The translations under genes were made by a program, and so were the position numbers. Positions 56,201 through 64,000 of a stretch of 64,000 nt of DNA are shown piece after piece. The notes beneath the pieces are model-generated. The model made no database searches. It was not told where the DNA came from and was given only the letters and a program-made list of their open reading frames with translations. Origin of the DNA: Trichoplax adhaerens. Taxonomy: Eukaryota > Animalia > Placozoa. Where the stretch lies: contig NW_002060945.1 in NCBI RefSeq assembly GCF_000150275.1, forward strand, positions 9,192,011 through 9,256,010. Reading direction: 5' to 3'. How positions within the stretch are numbered: the first letter of the stretch is position 1; each line of letters begins with the position of its first letter.

Positions 56201-57739
56201 CTTGAAATAAAACATGTAGTTGTATAATAGATATTTCAGTCCGAAGAATGGTCCATAGTTACATAGCTCAAAAAAGCTGATTGTAAAATACAGTAAAACC
56301 ATAATACCTTCTGGAATAGCCTGACTGCAAACGTAACTGATTCCTTCTCAAGTAAACCATATGACATACGACAAGTAAAATTGTATTTATTAGCGCTAAA
56401 AACCTTATCGTAATACAAACCTGATAGACATCAACTTGTCGTGAATTGGGTAAAATATGGCTGTTCGTATCATCACTATTTCGAAAGTAGGAACCAGGAG
56501 TAAAATCATCACTGTAAATAGAATACCATTACACCAGTGATAAGTTAGTAAGCGATACTTTAACGTTTAGCTATTACATAGATAATGTATATCTGTAAAA
56601 GTCATGCATCGCATATTGATTACTGTATACTGTATTTGGCCCTTTTTTTTTAAGTTGTAGTATGGTAGGGCTTTACTTATTCTATTTCAATAGGGATTGG
56701 GCTATCTTGTTGTCGCGATGCTATCGCACATACCGCGGTCAATTTCAACAACAGATTCGTAACGACATTGGACGTTTATTTTGGCCTTTTTATATTACGG
56801 TTTTCATGAATTACAATTAGCAGAATGGTGTGGTGATAATTTTACTTCTTTACAGCGAGTAAAATGGCCACTTTTACATCATTACTACTGGGTATTTGTG
56901 TATTTATTCAATTTCTTATTAACTTAACGTCAGTAATTAACCCGTTAGCAAATGTTGAATACATATTCAACAATAGACAACTATCGTAAACTAAGCAAGC
57001 ACTATTGAGTCTGATCTATATCAATTTAGTGATAGGTTGTCCTTTTAAGAGTAAACTAGTGCATGACTCAACCCATCAAGTGTTCATCTATCCAGCCAGT
57101 TTGCAATGTTCTATTTTGATTCCTTCGCTGGCGTATTTTAAAATACGTCTTGATCTATTAGTAGACTACCTTGGTGGGACAGTCAGTGGAGAGTTGATTG
57201 ATGAATTGATGTAAAAGGAGTCATCTAGTCTAGACACATGCTTTAGCGAAAAGAAATTGGCTAGTATCACCATGCAAGTTTCCTTCCAATCCGCTACCTT
57301 CACTAGCTCGATCACTCTACTATTGAAATCGATATACAGGAAAAGTACAACAAGAAGCCCTAAATCCCTATTGCCTAAGCATGCAAGCACTGACAAAAAA
57401 AAACCCAAAAACTCTCTACTACGTGATCGATTCAACCCGATCGAAAACAATAACAATAAAGCTGTTCAAGAAGACGTTGAGTACTTGAAGCGAGATTAGA
57501 GTCGTTGGAAACGATTCCCTTGACCTATTTCAATTTCTTTCTCTTACTCTAAACTAAGCTGATGGCTATTGATTTGTTGACATCATTGAAATGGAGATGT
57601 ATTACCTTAGTTTTAAGTTCTCCGTTAAATCGACCTTTCGGCAATATCGATGTCGACATACTGCAACAAGCGCGATCGCGGCCACCACAAACAGGAGAGA
57701 AAGTAAAACGATCGGAATGGCGATCAAAGTATCAATCAT
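53246..57739 (-). CDS. TMEM98: Transmembrane protein 98 ortholog, 246 aa
   Basis: Exons (minus strand): 57739-57606, 56511-56421, 55594-55542, 54442-54409, 54305-54190, 53972-53913, 53713-53674, 53458-53246. The N-terminal TM is followed by LVAVCRHRYCR (vertebrate LVLVCRQRYCR). ICVKILKTCHDLTEKLV matches vertebrate HCIAILKICHTLTEKLV, and VEDLVK is also present. Confidence 0.92.
54630..55270. repeat. Old degenerate tandem repeat (~150-215 bp period, 4 copies) in TMEM98 intron 3
   Basis: ca(t)ttatcttt(g/a)ct(a/g)atgg...ttcaa(t/c)t recurs at ~54637, 54785, 55000 and 55185. ttcaatagcac...aaagggcaatat occurs twice. Confidence 0.65.
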
Positions 57740-58162
57740 CGTTCTATTGCATGAGCACCGTATGTGTGCAACCTCTCTCTATGAATCAAAAGCAAATTTA
57801 GCAAGCTGTTTTTCCTGTCCTTGAAACAAATCGTTGACTTTAACCAAGAAGACTCAGAACGCGTTGCAAAAGCCGCTGAGTAATGCCGATTGATTTTCCT
57901 CCTATTAATTAATTTATTTACGGCACAGTACAGTCCTGGATTATTTTGGGGGGGGATTTTTTTTTTCCGCTGTCTGGTGTCCGTCTGCGTGGATGTCTGT
58001 AGACGGTACGCCTGGCGTCCGGTTCAAGCAAGCTGGCTACCAACAGTGCCGAGTGTACCGTTTCAGTCTGCTGATACAGTAAAATGACCAGGAAAAAACA
58101 GTCGGCATCCTATTTTGGCGGAGCGTCGTCGTCCTCTTGCGTGGACCTGGATTAGCCATGGA

Positions 58163-59110
58163 ACTGCTCGAAATTCGCATTTCCAGTAGCTCTTGTCTGG
58201 ACTAAATATCATCGTAGTCCTCAATAATGTCTTCCTCTCTCTTTGGATATGGAGTAGTTATGGACCAACGACTGCTCGAAATTCGCATTTCCAGTAGCTC
58301 TTGTCTGGACTAAATATCATCGTAGTCCTCAATAATGTCTTCCTCTCTCTTTGGATATGGAGTAGTTATGGACCAACGACTGCTCGAAATTCGGATTTCC
58401 AGTAGTTCTTGTCTGGACTAAATATCATCGTTGTCCTCAATAATGTCTTCCTCTCTCTTTGGATATAGAGTAGTTATGGACCAACGACTGCTCGAAATTC
58501 GGATTTCCAGTAGCTCTTGTGTGGACTAAATATCATCGTAGTACTCAATAATGTCTTCCTCTCTCTTTGGATATGGAGTAGTTATGGACCAACGACTGCT
58601 CGAAATTCGAATTTCCAGTAGTTCTTGTCTGGACTAAATATCATCGTTGTCCTCAATAATGTCTTCCTCTCTCTTTGGATATGGAGTAGTTATGGACCAA
58701 CGACTGCTCGAAATTCGAATTTCCAGTAGTTCTTGTCTGGACTAAATATCATCGTTGTCCTCAATAATGTCTTCCTCTCTCTTTGGATATAGAGTAGTTA
58801 TGGACCAACGACTGCTCGAAATTCGCATTTCCAGTACCTCTTGTGTGGACTAAATATCATCGTAGTCCTCAATAATGTCTTCCTCTCTCTTTGGATATGG
58901 AGTAGTTATGGACCAATGACTGCTCGAAATTCGGATTTCCAGTAGTTCTTGTCTGGACTAACTATCATCGTTGTCCTCAATAATGTCTTCCTCTCTCTTT
59001 GGATATGGAGTAGTTATGGACCAACGACTGCTCGAAATTCGCATTTCCAATAGCTCTTGTCTGGACTAACTATCATCGTAGTCCTCAACAATGTTGTCCT
59101 CTCTCTTTGA
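58163..59110. repeat. 108-bp tandem repeat, ~8.7 copies, upstream of TMEM98
   Basis: ACTGCTCGAAATTCG occurs at 58163, 58271, 58379, 58487, 58595, 58703, 58811, 58919 and 59027, with a degenerate continuation to ~59380. Confidence 0.97.
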
Positions 59111-61852
59111 ACCTTGAGTATTCATCAACCAAGGACTAACTATCATAGTAGTCCTCAATAACATCGATGCTAATAGGCAGGGACTAGCAAAAATGAAAGA
59201 AACGCGAAATACGGATTTCGAGTAGCCCTTGCATGGACTAATTATCATAGTAGTCCTCAACAATGTTGTCCTCTCTCTTTGGATATGGAGTAGTCATCAA
59301 CCATGGACTAACTATGATAGTAGTCCTCAATAACATCGATGCTAATAGGCAGGGACTACCATAAATGAAAGAAACGCGACTGCCAACGCCTGCTGGCTAT
59401 ACTAATAATGTGTTCCAATCTGTCGATACAGTAAAATAACCAGGTAAAAATAGTCGTCGGCATCTCATTTTAGCAGAGCTCAGTAGTTTCCCGTCGTCCT
59501 TGCTTTTGTACCAACATGGACCTTGAGTAGCAAATGCATTGCATTGTCGGCAAATATGGCAATCCGAATCCAACCTGACCCGATCTAAATATGGATCCAT
59601 TAGTATCCTAGTACGGTAGTGCTAAATAACATCGCCGCTACAAGCAGAGATTAGTAAAATGAAAGAAACAGGACTGCTAACGGTTGCTGATGATACTCAT
59701 AGTGTGCAGGCTGATTATTTTATTGGCCATTTCAACTGAATCGTATACCCTGTAATAACGGCACACTCTATTGTCCGTGATTGATATCCAAATTAGCTGC
59801 TAGGTTGTTGATTTTGTGCAGCATGTAGTACGGTTTCGTTGATACCGTATAATAGTAGAACAAGCGGAAAAAGGATAAATCTTTGCATTCTTTTGCACTG
59901 ACGGCCGTTGCAAGTCCCATTTCTTTCCTTCTGCTACAGGTTACGGCACCAGTCAGATGTAGCCAACTTGATCCGTAAACTTAAGCATTCCCTTCAATTG
60001 AACGTGTTGCTATCTAGTGTATTTAATTAGAATCAGCCGCAATAATGGGCTTATAAAGCAGGGTGCTCTATCAGTATGCAATAGAGAAAGAAGATTTTAC
60101 AAGAGTCGATACCAACTTCAAGGCAGAGGTTTGGATTGCCTCGATGCTAGGTAGAATGCACCCTTGCAAAGTCGTATCGATCTAAATCTACCGTCGATTG
60201 CAGTTCCGGTGCTAAATCCTCAATTATTGAGGTCTCCATTGGGTAAAGTAGATAGCTGTAAAAACAACCTCTGTACTACTAATAATAAAGCATTTACATC
60301 ATGAGAACGTTTATTTTGACGTATTTTAAACTGAAAGCAGATGATATCGACTTGAGCAATGTCGTACAGCTTATTCTCAATATAGTAGAATGGATACGCA
60401 CCTATGCCAATGCCCTAGATCGGCGAGCATTATTGCGTATTCTTTTTTTCTATTTTACGGAAGTTGCCACAACTTCTATTGCTTGACTACTCTATCTAAT
60501 TATTTATTGCATGATATCTTTTCCTTCTCCGAGTATGACAACTTGGTATACAGTTTTTGCAATTTTGGAGAACAGATGCGGCCAATCAGATTACTATCCA
60601 ACTGAAATTACTCATAAATGACCATCTACAGCTGTAGTACTGCATAAATGGCTCTGTAATAAATTTAATATCATGACATCGCTAAAGTACGTCACAAGAA
60701 ACAGTATGGGTCCTTGGTGAAATGATGCTAATGGCGATAGGTATCTTGATTTAACATACGCCGGCATAATAATATCAATAAATACGCGTACAGTAATATT
60801 TATGTTGTCGTGTAGATCGTCTTATGGCGACTACTGTTGAAGATCAATTACACACTACACCATAATATATCAATGTAATGGAACAGATTTTAATTTGATA
60901 CTGTTCTGCTGGAAATATCTTATAAAGCAATCATACTGTCCGTCATTAAAAACTGCCTGACTGCGCCCTCGCTTAAGAAAAGAAATAACCAATGTTCAAA
61001 TTTCATTCATCGATTGCGATCACGGCAATACCCATTCTCTCTCTATCTATAATAACGTATCATTGAATAGTCAATCCAAACAAGATACAGTAGCCTACAA
61101 CATTGTTCATACGCTTTGGTCTTTAATATAATCGCTACTCTATGTAAAAAATAGCTATATCGAATAAAAAGTCAAAACAATAAAAAAATCGAGATTTCTG
61201 TACTGATGAGCATAATCAAAGTAAAAGTAAGATATGTCATCGCTAGTCAAATTTGAGTTTCGTTTAAACGTTCTACACATGGTTAATGCCCATTAGAATA
61301 ATAAAAAAGTATAGCATATCCTATAACTAATATAATTAATTCCTCAATCTTAGCTAAGACTATACAATGTACAGTTTATAACACTAATGAGTGTAACGCA
61401 ACATGAGCTACAGATGGTTACAGTATCAAAGTATTTAAAAGATTGCATTCATGCTCAAAATATGTAAACAATCTTAATTCTAAATAAGCGTAATGTCGAA
61501 TCGATAAGCAATTTCAACAAAGACATGTTCAAAGAAACTAGAATAGATTTTCTACGAAATATTGTGGAAGACATTATGATCGCAGCGTTGTACAGTATAT
61601 TGATAGGCCAGCTGAAGGTCGTCGAATTATGGTAATTGTATTAATCTCTTTCCACACTAATTCTGCAAGCGTTGAAGAACAACATGTAAAAAAGCTGTAA
61701 ATAATAAAGTAGAGAATCAAATTTACAACTCCTAAAGCCTATGCTGTCTAAATTTTAATATTCATTACTACTGCTAGCACAATAAATCAATCCTTTGACC
61801 AAGGTGAAAAGTGTTGAAATGCAATCTTCAACAACGGTGGCTCCAGTAACCC

Positions 61853-63199
61853 TTAGAAAACTCCAGGATTATACGTGGGTGGTTTCGGTGGTGATGATTT
61901 GAATGAACGATTAACAAGTAAATATCCTGCCAAAAAGCCTACAATGATAACCAGGATAGCCATGGTATTTCCCATTCTCGGTGCTAATCCAATGTCAGAA
62001 TAGTTTTGACTACAAAGATTAAATCAACAACATTACACGTGTTAATTGTCATCCAAGCGATTTTCTTCCATTTTTCCATTTTCTATCATTAATATCAACA
62101 TCTACAAAACCTACACTATACATTGTTCATTGTAAATACTAATGTTAATGACGTCGGGAGACATTATTATCAACACCAATACAACAAATTGAAAATCTGA
62201 AATTATCAGCTGACTTACTAAAATAGCACTAAATGGTCAAAAGCACCAGTTGAAACGGAAACCAATGAAGTTAAATAAGCCGCGGCGCCAAAGAAGCGAT
62301 GGAAAGGTAAGAATTGTTTGCGTTTAGCTTGGGATACCATTGATTCCGGCAGCAGGAAATAAATAACGCCAAAGACATACTGAATCATGCAAATACAAGT
62401 ATTTAAAGATAGTATGCTAAAAAAAAAGTATGTGCAAGTACAATATCGCGATACTGTTTTTCAGACAAAGCGAGTACTATCTACACGACGCTTAAATTGT
62501 GCTTCTACATTATGATAATTGTCGAGACATCAGTTGTGCAAACTCATAGGAAAGCCAGTACTGCATCAATAGTGCAGCGGGCATACACATATTTGCAAAT
62601 CCGGGATATTTTTCAATTTTATCTTGGCATGACAAATTTGCAGCACCGTATCAATACGTCAGCACTGACTTTTCTACATGCAAAGCAGTTATTGACAGTG
62701 TCCCTAGTCATACAGTAAATTCCAGCTAGAATAGGTCTTGTCCTTAATACCATAAGCACTAGCGATGACGATATTTCCCCAAGCTGTGCATATAAGTATA
62801 GTATGTACAAGCGTAAAATAGCTATTTGTGTTGTTGCATAACTTTGAAAAGCATCTTGAATTAGGATGAGTAATAATCCAGCTGGTCAAAAACATATTAT
62901 ACAGGTACAGTAGATGCATTTTCTTGATGATTCACTCTAGTACGAGATCATAAATTGAATTTAAACTAATGTACTACAATCAATAAATACCTGCACAAGA
63001 TAGCAAGCCAAGACCAACAGGCCTATCCAACTATGAGTTGTAAAAAAATTGGCAAGAGGCTTCTTTCGGTCATTCTTGAAGGAAATCACCGCTACTAGAG
63101 CGACTATTGAAAACACTAACGTCAAGGTATGTAAAAGTACGTGACCATATTTGACCCATTTCCTCTCCATATTGCGAAACATACGAAATATAAGGACCG
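61853..63199 (-). CDS. CYB561: Cytochrome b561 family protein (CYB561/CYBRD1/CYB561A3-like), last three exons; 5' end not found and probably beyond the window
   Basis: Exons 63199-62991, 62379-62219 and 62009-61853 (TAA). Three of the four heme-ligand His motifs are present: KYGH, NFFTTHSWIG (cf. NLYSLHSW) and FLPFHRFFG. Confidence 0.9.
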
Positions 63200-64000
63200 C
63201 TAAATTCAAAAGACAACAAGAGAATTTCATGACCATACTAGGAGTAGAAAAAATTCTGATAAATAACTATGTTGGGCATCATACAGTAACATACTACCTG
63301 AGTAATTCAAATTAGCAAAGTCATGCTTTTCATTAATTGATAGTGTGATGAGGTAACGATTAGAGTATCAGACATGACACCTGCAAGGCTGTCAACTCTG
63401 CAAAAAGTAGGTCGAAAAGCCATTGAAATGAAAATGTTCCATTGCAGAGTCGATAGTTTGCATTTGCAGGTAGCAGGCCTAACGTTCTGATCATTGAAAT
63501 ACCAATTTGGAATGAGTCTACCCTATAATACATCTGTATTTATTAGACTAGCTATCGACACCTCCGATAATAATAATATTAATCTACTGTACTGACTATC
63601 CGTTCTTGCAGGCATCAAGTCTAATGCTCTTGTTATTAGGCTTTGGACACAGCCAACGGTAAGCATGACTTTAGTCGATTTTGTATCAATCCACCTGTTG
63701 GCACATGCATCCAATTTGAAGTCTTGGTCATTGGATTGATTAACGATACATGCAATTCAAATGTTTCGATCATTGGACCATGATAATAGCAACTTGAAAT
63801 CATAATCTTAGCTCATTTAAAACAATCCACCGTCTAATCGATGTGTCTTGATGGGCTTTCTACTCATCGACACATTGATCTCTGTGCTGAATGATATGGA
63901 CTACTAAAAGTTCCACGGGGAACAGTTAGTAGTCCATGGATAAACAATAGAAATCGACTTGGTTATCAAACAATTAGCTAGCCAGCTAGCTACAGTAGTC

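Noticed and set aside
57166-57499. Overlapping 96-aa (-) and 80-aa (+) ORFs
   Set aside because: They lie in TMEM98 intron 1, show no recognisable similarity and are not needed for the TMEM98 reading frame.
58163-59110. Hammerhead ribozyme or retrozyme in the tandem arrays (43033-44044 and 50742-51950 also checked)
   Set aside because: Stem-loops exist, but I found no CTGANGA...GAAA catalytic core flanking them on either strand.

Overview
This is AT-rich, intron-dense eukaryotic (animal) DNA, not prokaryotic. The short GT-AG introns and the gene content suggest a compact non-bilaterian genome such as a placozoan, which is an inference. Most ORFs in the supplied track are exon fragments or repeat artefacts, so I rebuilt gene models by hand from splice sites. 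Six genes are supported. Two tandem paralogs (417-2896 and 13728-17534, +) each encode a ~500-aa protein made of THREE fused CD20/MS4A-like four-TM modules. The others are a PP6 ankyrin-repeat subunit (ANKRD28/44/52 family, +, 33 or more coding exons), an LRRFIP1/2 ortholog (-), a TMEM98 ortholog (-) and the 3' part of a cytochrome b561 (-). The 5' flanks and first introns of the housekeeping genes carry many unrelated tandem arrays, with periods clustering near 180-220 bp or simple fractions and multiples of that. The same region is strongly enriched in TACAGTA/TACTGTA. The best candidate for an undescribed system is the single-chain triple-MS4A (12-TM) family.
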